Shown here piece after piece: positions 54,990 to 64,000 of a stretch of DNA of 64,000 nucleotides. Position 1 is the stretch's first letter. Each line of letters starts with the position of its first letter. The DNA is taken from assembly GCA_963675595.2 (NCBI GenBank), contig CAXXLZ010000002.1, positions 1,376,001 through 1,440,000 on the forward strand, written 5' to 3'. The position numbers were made by a program, and so were the translations under genes. A model generated the notes under the pieces. It saw only the letters and a list, made by a program, of their open reading frames with translations. It was not told the DNA's origin and searched no databases. The DNA comes from Thermodesulfobacteriota bacterium (lineage in GTDB: Bacteria; Desulfobacterota; Desulfarculia; JACQYL01).

Positions 54990-56465
54990 CTAACGGTCCA
55001 TGACGGACATTCCCTGCACGGGTAGTGGGGTCGCGGCTTTTCCGGCAACCGTGTTGGTCTTTGTATTAAAGGCCAGAATGCCCGGGTCCTCGTCCGAGTT
55101 GTCGATCACAAAGAGCGTGCATCCGCACTCCCGACAACCGGCCGCAATCTCGGGAATATAGTAAAGCACCTCGTGAAATCTGCTTTGGGTCACCGAACCG
55201 TCGGTAAGGTTCACCTCGTTGACGAAATACGGCCACGGCCAATCGCCGGAATTGTCCGTCCCGACCAGATAAGCCTTCTCCGGTGAACAGAAGTCCAGGT
55301 CGCTGACCACATACCCCACATCCTCCTGGCGAAACATCAAATTCTTGGAAGCGTCCGTAGCCGTGTCCACGACTTCCACTCCGGAACCGAAAGCTTCGTC
55401 GTTGTAGTCGCCCGTACAAACAACGAAAATCTCGCCCGTGGATTCAAGGTAGGAAAGGGAACCGGGATCCCTCAATTGAAGCTGAATTCCCTGTACGCCC
55501 TCGGTCACAGGGTCCATATCCACCACACTATCCGTTTCCGTGTCGATTTTGGCCAGCATGCCCTCGGACGGCGCCCATCCGTTGTTGCGATCCAGCCTTC
55601 CCAAAGACACGTAAATGTATTGACCCACGCGGACCATGTTCGCGGCTTCAGGCAGTTCATCGGTGCCCTCGTTGAACATGGAAAGATCGATCAGTTTGAG
55701 TCGTTCCCCGGTCAAGGGATTCAGCTTGAGCAATGCGCTGCTCCCCAGAAAGCTCATATAGGCCGTAGATTCGTCGAGAAAGACCATGTCCTGGGGATTG
55801 CTCGAGGATTGGGGAGAAGGAAGGTCCAGAACCCCGTTGGGATCCTCGATCCCCACACTATATTGAATCTGCGGAACCGCGTCCGTTTGAACCGGGTCCA
55901 CCACGAGCACGGAATCCGAGCCGTACCGTCCAATCAAGAACACTTTGTCACCAAATGTCCGCGCCACCGTATCTTGCGCAAGGACGAGATCCTCCCCTCC
56001 CCCGTCCCGATATTGCACCGTATTAAAGGGCGACGCCACCGAAGTACGATAACCCAGCCCGTTGGGATCCGAGTAGATTCCGCCGCACGAGAACAACAGC
56101 CCGCAATAGGTTCCTCCGAAGCTCTTGCTCAGCGCATAGGAAACGGGAGCGCCTCCGCTCGGAGTGTATACGGCCGTCGCCGAATCTTCGCCGGTAAAAG
56201 AGATGGACAGAGCGGCGCCGTTTCCTCCCAACTCCGATGCCTGGAATCCGTCGGTGAAGTCGCTGTCCAAAAAGGATTCGTAAGAGGTCAAGTCCGTGGT
56301 GAACACGGCGGTCATGGCCCGCGTGTCGTGTTCCGACAACCAGATATTCACCGTCTGCTCGGGGTTCTTCCAGATGCCTCCGTAGCCGGCCCACACGGTT
56401 TGACCAGCGAAGCAGGCCGTGAAAATGAAAAGTATCCCCAGGACCGCCGCATACCTTTTGCCCAT
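54990..56465 (-). CDS. Exported YncE/BtuG-like beta-propeller under a cobalamin riboswitch
   Basis: RBS GGGAGG and signal peptide; blades SNPQDMVF...AYMS, YIYVSLGRLD, AKIDT, KAYLVG; B12 riboswitch upstream. Confidence 0.72.
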   Translation of the reverse strand: MGKRYAAVLGILFIFTACFAGQTVWAGYGGIWKNPEQTVNIWLSEHDTRAMTAVFTTDLTSYESFLDSDFTDGFQASELGGNGAALSISFTGEDSATAVYTPSGGAPVSYALSKSFGGTYCGLLFSCGGIYSDPNGLGYRTSVASPFNTVQYRDGGGEDLVLAQDTVARTFGDKVFLIGRYGSDSVLVVDPVQTDAVPQIQYSVGIEDPNGVLDLPSPQSSSNPQDMVFLDESTAYMSFLGSSALLKLNPLTGERLKLIDLSMFNEGTDELPEAANMVRVGQYIYVSLGRLDRNNGWAPSEGMLAKIDTETDSVVDMDPVTEGVQGIQLQLRDPGSLSYLESTGEIFVVCTGDYNDEAFGSGVEVVDTATDASKNLMFRQEDVGYVVSDLDFCSPEKAYLVGTDNSGDWPWPYFVNEVNLTDGSVTQSRFHEVLYYIPEIAAGCRECGCTLFVIDNSDEDPGILAFNTKTNTVAGKAATPLPVQGMSVMDR

Positions 56466-56694
56466 TGTGAACCTCCCGTAACTGTTGGTTGTTCGTCGCC
56501 TTGACCCCCACCGGCCCATTGAAAAAATGCGGAGCGCCTTTTCAACCGCCTGCTGCGCGTCAAGAATCCTCCCGAAGGCCCGGAGCAAGGGCAAAAAGAA
56601 ACCCTATCTCCCCCACAAGGGGACAAATAGGGATCGCTTTGGTCTCAACTGTGCAAGCATACGAGCATACTACCGGTGCCTTTGGATTGGCTCA

Positions 56695-56845
56695 AAGGCG
56701 GGTGTTCCGGCTTCCGGATTATTGACGTCCCGCGCCTTCCCACCCGAAAGGGCAGTGGCTTACTGCGGGCGTCTCCCCGGTTACGGCGGCCGTTCCGCTC
56801 CCGAATTCCACGGGATTCCCCTAAACCATGAGCACCTTCACCCGT
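56695..56845 (-). promoter_or_regulatory. Cobalamin riboswitch
   Basis: Minus strand: AAGGTG...AGGGGAATCCCGTGGAATTCGGGAGCGG..GCCGCCGTAA, GCCACTG...GGGAAGGC, AAGCCGGAACACCCGCC. Confidence 0.9.
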
Positions 56846-57008
56846 ACTAGATACGGGGATGTGTGTCAATACGGTTTCAGGCGGAACGTGTTTCGGGAAA
56901 CGAGCGGTATCTCCCCCGGAAAAACCGATGTTGCTCGGCTGAGACGGAAGAGCAACGTATCCTTGGGCACCCAAGGATACGGCGTAACGATCCGACTCGA
57001 CGGCGGAT

Positions 57009-58487
57009 TCAATGAATATGCAGCTCGCACACGCGCCGGAAATGATATCCGTGAATGGCCAGAGTGATGGCCAAAGGCAGGAGTTTGGGCCTTCGGGTCA
57101 GGGTCCACAGCACCAGCTTCCAATACTGGTAACGTTCCTTACCCCCGATTCCCAGTCTCACGGAGGAACGGAAGAAAGCGAAAAATCGATGAAAATCCAT
57201 GGGCACCCTGACTTCCGGCGTCTTGAATTCCTTTAGAAAGGTGCGTACCCGTTGATAATAACATTCAGGAGAATAAAGCTGTTCCATGAGCGCCCGGTAG
57301 CCCTCCACGAGCTTGGGCAAACCCATGCGGGGAATAATGTTCGTGGTGCCGTCCACATTGTCTCCGGACAACGCCCCCAACACCCGGTTTTCCTTGCTCA
57401 ACCTCTCGAACAGCCGTGTTCCCGGAGGAGCCTGAAGCATCCCCACCATGGCGGTCACAATACCGCTCTTCTGGATGAAGTCGACCTGCCGATGGAAGGT
57501 GGACTGCGTATCGTTGTCAAACCCCACAATGAAGCCGCCCATCACTTGGAGACCGGCTCTCTGAATCCCCTTTACGCTCTGCAGCAAGTCCCGATTCTTG
57601 TTCTGGTTCTTCCGGCACTCGGTCAAGCTCTCTTCGTCCGGAGATTCGATGCCCACGAATACCGTATCAAAGCCCGCTTTGACCATCATTTCCATCAGCT
57701 CCGGGTCATCGGCCAAATTGATGGACGTCTCCGTGTAGAACACGAATCCTTTCTTGCCCTTCCGCCAACGGATCAACTCGGGCAGCAGCTTGGTTTTCAG
57801 GTAGTTCTTGTTCCCGATAAAGTTGTCGTCCACGAAAAAGACATTTCCCCGCCACCCCGCAACTTGAAGCGTTTCCAGCTCATAAATCATCTGTTCGGGA
57901 GTCTTCATCCGGGGCTTGCGACCGAAAAGAATCGTCACGTTGCAGAAATCACAGTGAAAAGGGCATCCTCGCGAGAACTGCAGGCACATGGACGCGTATT
58001 TCTTCATCTCGATGAGGTCCCACTGGGGAACCGGTGTCCTGCGAATGTCGCAAAACTCGGAGGCCCGGTAGGTCCTTTCCGGAGTCCCTTTTTCCAGGTC
58101 CGCCAAGAAACGCGGAAGCGTCAGTTCCGCTTCGTCGAGCACCAGGTGCGCCACGGTTCTGAATTCATCAGGCTCGCAAGTGAACAGCGGCCCTCCTCCC
58201 ACCACCTTGACCCCCATGGCGTTGCACCGGGCGATCACCTGCTTTGCCGATTCGCGTTGGATCGTCATTCCACCGATGAACACCAGGTCCGCCCAGGAAA
58301 GATCGGCGTCCGATAGGTCCACGACGTTCATGTCCACCAGTCGTCTGGACCAGTCTTTTGGCAGAAGAGACGCCGTGGTGAGCAGGCCCAGCGGAGGGAA
58401 AGCCGCTTTTTTCCGAATGAATCGCAACGCGTGCTTAAATGACCAGAAAGTATCGGGAAACTTGGGATAGACGAGCAGAACGTTCAT
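57009..58487 (-). CDS. B12-binding-domain radical SAM protein (DUF4070 type)
   Basis: PPLGLLT B12-binding region; SRGCPFHCDFC; FVDDNF; GIES; FIVGFD. Confidence 0.9.
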   Translation of the reverse strand: MNVLLVYPKFPDTFWSFKHALRFIRKKAAFPPLGLLTTASLLPKDWSRRLVDMNVVDLSDADLSWADLVFIGGMTIQRESAKQVIARCNAMGVKVVGGGPLFTCEPDEFRTVAHLVLDEAELTLPRFLADLEKGTPERTYRASEFCDIRRTPVPQWDLIEMKKYASMCLQFSRGCPFHCDFCNVTILFGRKPRMKTPEQMIYELETLQVAGWRGNVFFVDDNFIGNKNYLKTKLLPELIRWRKGKKGFVFYTETSINLADDPELMEMMVKAGFDTVFVGIESPDEESLTECRKNQNKNRDLLQSVKGIQRAGLQVMGGFIVGFDNDTQSTFHRQVDFIQKSGIVTAMVGMLQAPPGTRLFERLSKENRVLGALSGDNVDGTTNIIPRMGLPKLVEGYRALMEQLYSPECYYQRVRTFLKEFKTPEVRVPMDFHRFFAFFRSSVRLGIGGKERYQYWKLVLWTLTRRPKLLPLAITLAIHGYHFRRVCELHIH

Positions 58488-58858
58488 GATCTGGAATCCT
58501 TGCCCCGGGGAGGGAAACCCCTGGATGAAAGTTGAAAAAACCGTCGAAGATTCGGGCAAAGACCCGGACGAGCCCTCCCTCCAACTTGTTCCCGCACGGG
58601 ACACCGCGGGGACCTCGAAGTGTCCTTTCATTGTAGGGAAAGCTTGTCCGGTTTACAAGAGAATGAGAGCCCCGAAAGCATCCACGCACGAGGTTTGCGC
58701 GAATATTCCCACCCTATGAAGCTTCGACCGCCGAGTTCTTTTACCTTGTGTAAAAAGATCCGGCAGGCATCCGTCTCAATCTTAACGCCCCCAAATAGAC
58801 AACCTCAGAATTATTCCAATATATCGGCTAATTAGAGAGCCGGAGCACGCTCCGGTTG

Positions 58859-58874
58859 TGGCACGGACATTGCC
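58859..58874 (+). promoter_or_regulatory. Sigma54 (-24/-12) promoter
   Basis: TGGCAC-GGACA-TTGC matches TGGCAC-N5-TTGC, 90 bp upstream of the flavoprotein ATG. Confidence 0.75.
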
Positions 58875-58963
58875 CTTATCCGTTACGTGGTCCCCAAAAA
58901 CAATACGCATCTTAGCCGCCCGGCCTAATTTGGCCTTACACGTAGAACGACAGGAGGTATTCA

Positions 58964-60505
58964 ATGAACGACCAAGATACCCTCTCCGGAAAAATGACCC
59001 GGCGCACCTTCCTTAAGGCCTCGGGGGGAGCCGCCGCAGGAGCCGGTTTGGCGACGGGCGGCATGTTCCTCGGCGCCGGGCCGGCCCATTCGGCTCAGTT
59101 GCCCGCGTCTTGGGATGAGGAAGCCGATGTCGTCATTATCGGCAGCGGATTCGCCGGATTGGCGGCCGCCATGGAAGTCAAGAACAAAGGATCGGCGCCT
59201 CTGGTCCTGGAAAAGATGAAGGTTCCGGGCGGCAACTCCATCATCAACGGAGGCCTCATCGCCGCGGCAAACTCGGAACTGCAGAACAAGGAAGGAATCA
59301 AGGATTCGCCGGAACTCATGTTCAAGGACATGCTCAAAGCCGGTTTGGGATTGAACCACCCCGAGCTGGTCCGCAAAGTGTGCGAACTTTCCAACGAAAC
59401 CGTCCAATGGACCATTGAAACGCTCGGCGTGCAATACAAGGAACGCGTTACCCACCTTGGAGGCCACTCCGTACCCCGAAGCTACTACACGACCAACAAC
59501 TCCGGCTCGGGCATCGTTCTTCCCATGATCAAAAAGGTCAAAGCGCTGGAGATCCCGCTGAGAACGGGCTGCTACCTCACCCGCATCTTCAAGGACGAAG
59601 AGGGCGCGGTTCGGGGAGTCGAGATCCGTGAAGGATACGCTTTCCCGGAAGCCGGAAGCGGCACGGTGAAAACCGTCAAGGCAAGGCAGGCCGTCGTCAT
59701 GGCCACCGGCGGGTTCGGATACGATATTCCCTTCCGTACCATCCAGGACCCGCGGCTCACCGATCAACTGGATTGCACCAACCAGCCTGGAGCCACCGCG
59801 GAAGGGCTTATTGAAGCCCTGAGGCTGGGTGCCACCCCCGTGCAGCTTTCGTGGATCCAGCTCGGCCCATGGGCCTGCCCCGACGAGAAAGGCATGGGAA
59901 TCGGGTACATTTTCGCCATCTCTTCGGCCTTCCCTTACGGCGTGATGGTGGATCCGGCCACGGGAAAGCGTTTCGTCAATGAACTGGCCGACCGCAAAGT
60001 GCGTTCGGACGCCATCCTCAAGACCGGTCATCCCGCCATTGGGATCGCGGATCAGACCGGAGCCCAATACACCGACAAGCTTGGTCAAATGCTTTCGGCC
60101 GGCACCGTGAAAGAGTTCAACACGTTGGGAGAATTGGCCGAGGCTTTCAAGATCGACTACGAAGGTCTCAAGCAGACCATCGAAAAGTACAACGCGTATG
60201 TAAAGACGGGAAAGGACGAGGAACAGGGAAAACCGATCCGTCAAGACTGTCGGCCCGTGGAAATGCCGCCCTTCTACGGTATGCGCTTGTGGCCCAAAAT
60301 TCATCATACCATGGGCGGCGTCCAAATCGATGAGGACGCTCGAGTGATTGATCTGGATCACCGTCCGATCGGCCGCTTATATGCCGCGGGCGAAATCACG
60401 GGAGGCGTTCACGGGGCCGTGCGCCTGGGCAGCAACGCCACGGCCGACTGCTTGGTTTTCGGCCGCATTGCCGGCCAAAAGGCGGCCGAAGAGCCTGTGC
60501 GATGA
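58964..60505 (+). CDS. Tat-exported flavocytochrome c flavin subunit (FccA/UrdA/Mrd family)
   Basis: TRRTFLK Tat motif; IIGSGFAG, GGHSVPR, ATGGF, HHTMGG, GGVHGAVRLG. Confidence 0.88.
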   Translation: MNDQDTLSGKMTRRTFLKASGGAAAGAGLATGGMFLGAGPAHSAQLPASWDEEADVVIIGSGFAGLAAAMEVKNKGSAPLVLEKMKVPGGNSIINGGLIAAANSELQNKEGIKDSPELMFKDMLKAGLGLNHPELVRKVCELSNETVQWTIETLGVQYKERVTHLGGHSVPRSYYTTNNSGSGIVLPMIKKVKALEIPLRTGCYLTRIFKDEEGAVRGVEIREGYAFPEAGSGTVKTVKARQAVVMATGGFGYDIPFRTIQDPRLTDQLDCTNQPGATAEGLIEALRLGATPVQLSWIQLGPWACPDEKGMGIGYIFAISSAFPYGVMVDPATGKRFVNELADRKVRSDAILKTGHPAIGIADQTGAQYTDKLGQMLSAGTVKEFNTLGELAEAFKIDYEGLKQTIEKYNAYVKTGKDEEQGKPIRQDCRPVEMPPFYGMRLWPKIHHTMGGVQIDEDARVIDLDHRPIGRLYAAGEITGGVHGAVRLGSNATADCLVFGRIAGQKAAEEPVR

Positions 60506-60705
60506 GGGCTACCCCCGTGCGGAAGGTCTAACCCGACTCCAGCCTTCCGCCTAACTTCAACCGGGAGAAGCCGAAGTTCGACTTCTCCCGTTCCATGTCC
60601 GATGACGACACCACGAGCCTTTTCGAAGTCGGCTCTGTGCCGCTTCCGGGTATCGGGTAATTTCAACGTTCCGTTCACCTCTCTTCTTCAAGAAAAGGCG
60701 ACTCG

Positions 60706-61257
60706 ATGTGGGCTAAAAGACCGACCCTTCCATCTCTCGTGAGGAATCGCCCGGTCCGTATCTGTTTTCTGACCCTGGCCTGCTGCTTGGTTTGGTGCTC
60801 CGGGTCGAACTCGGAAGACGCCTATGGAAATCCCGAAAGAAAAAGTACTGCCCGGCCCGGCCAATGCGCCGCGTGCCACACCACGAGAAGGGTCCTTCCC
60901 ACGAATCATCCGGAAGCCGCGGAGTCGGCGCTTCCCGAATGCCGTTCCTGCCATAAGGCTCGCAACGTAAGCCTCATCGGGAAGATTCCTTTGAGCCACT
61001 TCCATCAGCTCGCCGGAGTTTCCTGTGAAGACTGCCACCGGGACCTTGTGCCGCCCAAGCCCCTGAAAACATCGGACTGCCTTCAGTGCCACGAGTCCTA
61101 CGCCAAATTGGCCTCACTGACGAACGAGGGGCGGGCGAATCCTCACCACTCACCCCACTACGAGGACCTCCTGGAGTGCGACGTCTGCCACCACGTGCAC
61201 CGAAAGTCGGAAAACTTCTGCGGAACCTGCCATGAATGGAAGCTCCTCGTGCCCTGA
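60706..61257 (+). CDS. Hexaheme c-type cytochrome
   Basis: Six CxxCH motifs (CAACH, CRSCH, CEDCH, CLQCH, CDVCH, CGTCH) and NPHHSPH; start uncertain. Confidence 0.85.
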   Translation: MWAKRPTLPSLVRNRPVRICFLTLACCLVWCSGSNSEDAYGNPERKSTARPGQCAACHTTRRVLPTNHPEAAESALPECRSCHKARNVSLIGKIPLSHFHQLAGVSCEDCHRDLVPPKPLKTSDCLQCHESYAKLASLTNEGRANPHHSPHYEDLLECDVCHHVHRKSENFCGTCHEWKLLVP

Positions 61258-61867
61258 TCTTTCCCAAGTCCTCTTTCCAGACGGGAGCGGCGCGTCCCGC
61301 CGACGGGACAAAGGACTCCTTCCTAAAAGCATGTCCCCAATAGTACGACGGCACGCCCGGAGCCTGGATCCCGGGTAACCTTCCGCCGATCCCTGGAAAA
61401 GATTCCTCCCGGTGTGCGGTGCCGGTAAAAAGTGACCATTCACGGGGGCGAATTGGGTTGGTTATTCATTTTCGGCGTGCCTTACATCTCCTAAGTCGGC
61501 TAAAGAGCTCCATAGTCCGGCTCCGTCGAGTGCCGCCGGGGTGAAGCCCGTATAAGGCGGTCCGGGGAAGACTGGGTCCCCCGGCGACACTGTGAGTGAA
61601 TACGGTAATAGATCTTTATCCGAATGATTTCCGGAAACGGAGTACGGTCACATTTTCAAAACGCCGTGCGGTAAACGGTTTCTTGAAGAAATCATTTCGA
61701 CCCAATATGATGCACCAATTCCAAGGCATGGGCAGGAGTGGTCCGAATCGGGAACCTCGCCGTTCTTTCATCCGAACGCTTCAGGTCGCCGTGCCGATCC
61801 CGCTTCAAGGCACTGAAAGGAGGCGCGGGAGCAGACTCCTTCGGAGCGTCTATTCCGCGAACGATGA

Positions 61868-63181
61868 TTGAAAATCCCTGAACGTTCCTTCTTCACCATG
61901 GTGCTCTGCGCCATGGGCGTCATGCTGTCGCCCCCCTCCCTGGAAATCCTCGGAAGCATCGTGGGCGAAACGGGCTTCCTTTTTCCCGTCATCTTATGCG
62001 GAGGAGCACTGGTCCACCGCACCCTCTCCTCCTTTTTGAAAGGAAGGGGGGATACCTCCCGGCCGACGCTTGAGACGCAAAGCCTTCTCGCCCGTCTCGG
62101 TCCACACCTGACCGCCACACTGCTCCTGGGATCCAGACCCGCCTTTGCACTGTTCGGTTCCGCCCTGATTCTGGCCGTGGCCGGACATGCGTTCAACGAG
62201 GTCTTCCCCTCACGGTTGCCCGGGCCGGTGGTTCCTCTCGTGCTGCTCGGCCTGATCGCACTCTGTAATATCGTCTCTCCGATGCTTTCCAGAAGAATAC
62301 AGGTCTGCTCGGGCGCAACGGTTATCGCTTGTCTCACCGCGCTCAGCGTGGCGGCATTGCTCCACCCCTCCCCACCTTTCGCCGGGGATATCCTTCCTTT
62401 TGAGCCATGGGATCGGCTCAGGCATGTGTTTCTCGGAGCCGTCTTGTTTGTGGGGTATGATCTGTTCTTCTTCGGGCCCGCTCAGCCTTATTCCGCTTAT
62501 CCCTACCGGCTGTTGCACCGGTCGGTCACGACGGCGGCGGTGCTGTTTCTGCTCTGGGGATTCGCCGCCTTTTTGCAGGTCACCCCCGTCCGATCCGCCT
62601 CCGGCGCGGTTCCCTATTTCACGGCCGCACGGATCGTTTGGGGAGAAACCGGGCGGATACTCTTGGGCACGGCGATTCTGGCCGGTTCCGTGGCCGCGGT
62701 GAACCTGCTCATCAGTTCCGCCTCCTCGATGCTCGTTCACCTGAGCCGGGCAGGAATGCTGCCTTCCTGGTTTGATCCGGCCCATCGTCGCCCCACCCGA
62801 GTACTCCTATTGCTCGTTTCGGCCACCGGCGCCCTACTGGCTTCAGGCGTGGCCGAGCAGCCCGTGACGGAAGCCTTCGCCCGATGCGCCCTGTATTTCT
62901 GGCTGCTGCTCTACGGAGCGTCACGTGTGGTGCACTGGAACCGAGAGAGAAACAAGCCGTTTCTCCCTCCCCGGCCTCTTCCCTCTGCCTGGAAATACGC
63001 GACGAATGCCGTTTTCGCGGCCGCGGTGGTGCTGACGGTAACGGACCCGGACCCGGTGTCGGTCCTCGGCTTCGCTTTGGGTATGGTCGTGTTGGGAAAA
63101 GGGGTGTCCCTGTCTTCGGACCGCACGGGAATCGAGGCTCAGAAACAAGCGAAACCGAGCCCGGCCGGCAAAAGACCCTGA
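61868..63181 (+). CDS. APC-superfamily-like permease
   Basis: About 11-12 hydrophobic segments; SRAGMLPSWF...HRRP loop typical of amino acid permeases. Confidence 0.6.
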   Translation: MKIPERSFFTMVLCAMGVMLSPPSLEILGSIVGETGFLFPVILCGGALVHRTLSSFLKGRGDTSRPTLETQSLLARLGPHLTATLLLGSRPAFALFGSALILAVAGHAFNEVFPSRLPGPVVPLVLLGLIALCNIVSPMLSRRIQVCSGATVIACLTALSVAALLHPSPPFAGDILPFEPWDRLRHVFLGAVLFVGYDLFFFGPAQPYSAYPYRLLHRSVTTAAVLFLLWGFAAFLQVTPVRSASGAVPYFTAARIVWGETGRILLGTAILAGSVAAVNLLISSASSMLVHLSRAGMLPSWFDPAHRRPTRVLLLLVSATGALLASGVAEQPVTEAFARCALYFWLLLYGASRVVHWNRERNKPFLPPRPLPSAWKYATNAVFAAAVVLTVTDPDPVSVLGFALGMVVLGKGVSLSSDRTGIEAQKQAKPSPAGKRP

Positions 63182-63270
63182 ATCCGGCGGGCCGTGAACC
63201 GGCTTACGTACGGCCGAGAGCAAGCGCCTGAAACCGTGAAACTCGGGCTCGTCATTTCTGAAACAACATG

Positions 63271-63324
63271 ATGAGCATTCACGGGGGAGGACTTTCGGGA
63301 AAGTCCTCCCCCGTGAACGATTAA
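63271..63324. repeat. Minimal repeat family 1 copy (near-perfect palindrome), possible bidirectional terminator
   Basis: TTCACGGGGGAGGACTTTC-GG-GAAAGTCCTCCCCCGTGAA between convergent genes. Confidence 0.75.
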
Positions 63325-63478
63325 AGAATATCTTGGCGGAAACCCGATTCCGGAGCACGAATCCACGTCCGGTTTTCGACCATAAAACTATCTGTACAAT
63401 ATTCTTTCCGTATAACTGCCGCGGCGATGGAACACGGAGACGGAACCGCCAAGCGCACGCTTTGCCGTCCCCTAAGCT

Positions 63479-63910
63479 TCACTTCCTCGAATAAAGACCG
63501 ATGAATTCCGCTCGTTCCAAGATGTGCCCTTCCATGGCCTTTTCGAGTTCTTTCTTGGTGACGCCCGCTTTGAGTCCAAGCTTGCGGTCCAGGGCATACA
63601 ATTTGAAAAAGTAGCGATGCGTGCCCGAAGGGGGGCACGGACCGCCGTAATTCTCCCGCCGGAAATCGTTGACTCCCTGTGTCCCGGGAATCGAGCCCTC
63701 GGCGATTCGATTCGTCGCCGGAATGTCGAACAGCACCCAATGGACCCAGGTTTTGGACGGAGCGTCCGGGTCATCCACAATCAAAGTCAGGCTCTGGGCG
63801 GCTTTCGGTATTCCTTCGATAACGAGCTCGGGGCTCACGTCCGCCCCGTCGCAGGTGAACTTCTTGGGAATGGACTGATTGTGACCGAAATCGGGACTAT
63901 GCAATTTCAT
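63479..63910 (-). CDS. YbhB/YbcL (PEBP) family protein
   Basis: DPDAP, WVHW, YGGPCPPSGTHRYFFKLYALD; RBS AAGGAGG. Confidence 0.92.
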   Translation of the reverse strand: MKLHSPDFGHNQSIPKKFTCDGADVSPELVIEGIPKAAQSLTLIVDDPDAPSKTWVHWVLFDIPATNRIAEGSIPGTQGVNDFRRENYGGPCPPSGTHRYFFKLYALDRKLGLKAGVTKKELEKAMEGHILERAEFIGLYSRK

Positions 63911-64000
63911 GGTCACGCCTCCTTTTCTCGATTGGAATGTCTCACATTCGCCCCCGGCGGCCTCCTGCCCGACCGAGAACACCCATTTGTGAGCCTATCC

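Noticed and set aside
61480-61600. Moco, T-box or other known riboswitch upstream of the permease
   Set aside because: Only a short CCTAAG resemblance; the other conserved elements are absent.

Overview
GC-rich, accessory-gene-rich chromosomal region. Gene content and style suggest Desulfobacterota (deltaproteobacteria); this is an inference. It encodes many exported proteins (a BNR-repeat lipoprotein, a catalytically degenerate alkyl-sulfatase homologue, IPTL-CTERM and VPLPA-CTERM proteins, a C25 peptidase) and many PAS/GGDEF/histidine-kinase signalling genes. It also carries a complete siaABCD operon with an unusual SiaD, trxB, and aroF behind an unannotated YYWCWW leader-peptide attenuator. 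A cobalamin block (47.8-58.5 kb) has two B12 riboswitches, a six-gene TonB/ExbBD cluster, a secreted beta-propeller and a B12 radical SAM enzyme. A sigma54-driven flavocytochrome c plus hexaheme cytochrome pair follows. Mobile DNA: an IS3 element (9730-11028) and an IS1182-like element (32640-34515), each cleanly interrupting a gene; two families of short intergenic repeats; and a group II intron (25360-27383) inserted inside the terminal motif of one repeat copy, just after its hairpin. Best leads: the intron/repeat targeting, the B12-regulated beta-propeller with a ~90-aa module shared with an unrelated exported protein, the Tyr/Trp leader, and the duplicated SiaD. All calls are by eye; no database searches or folding programs were run.
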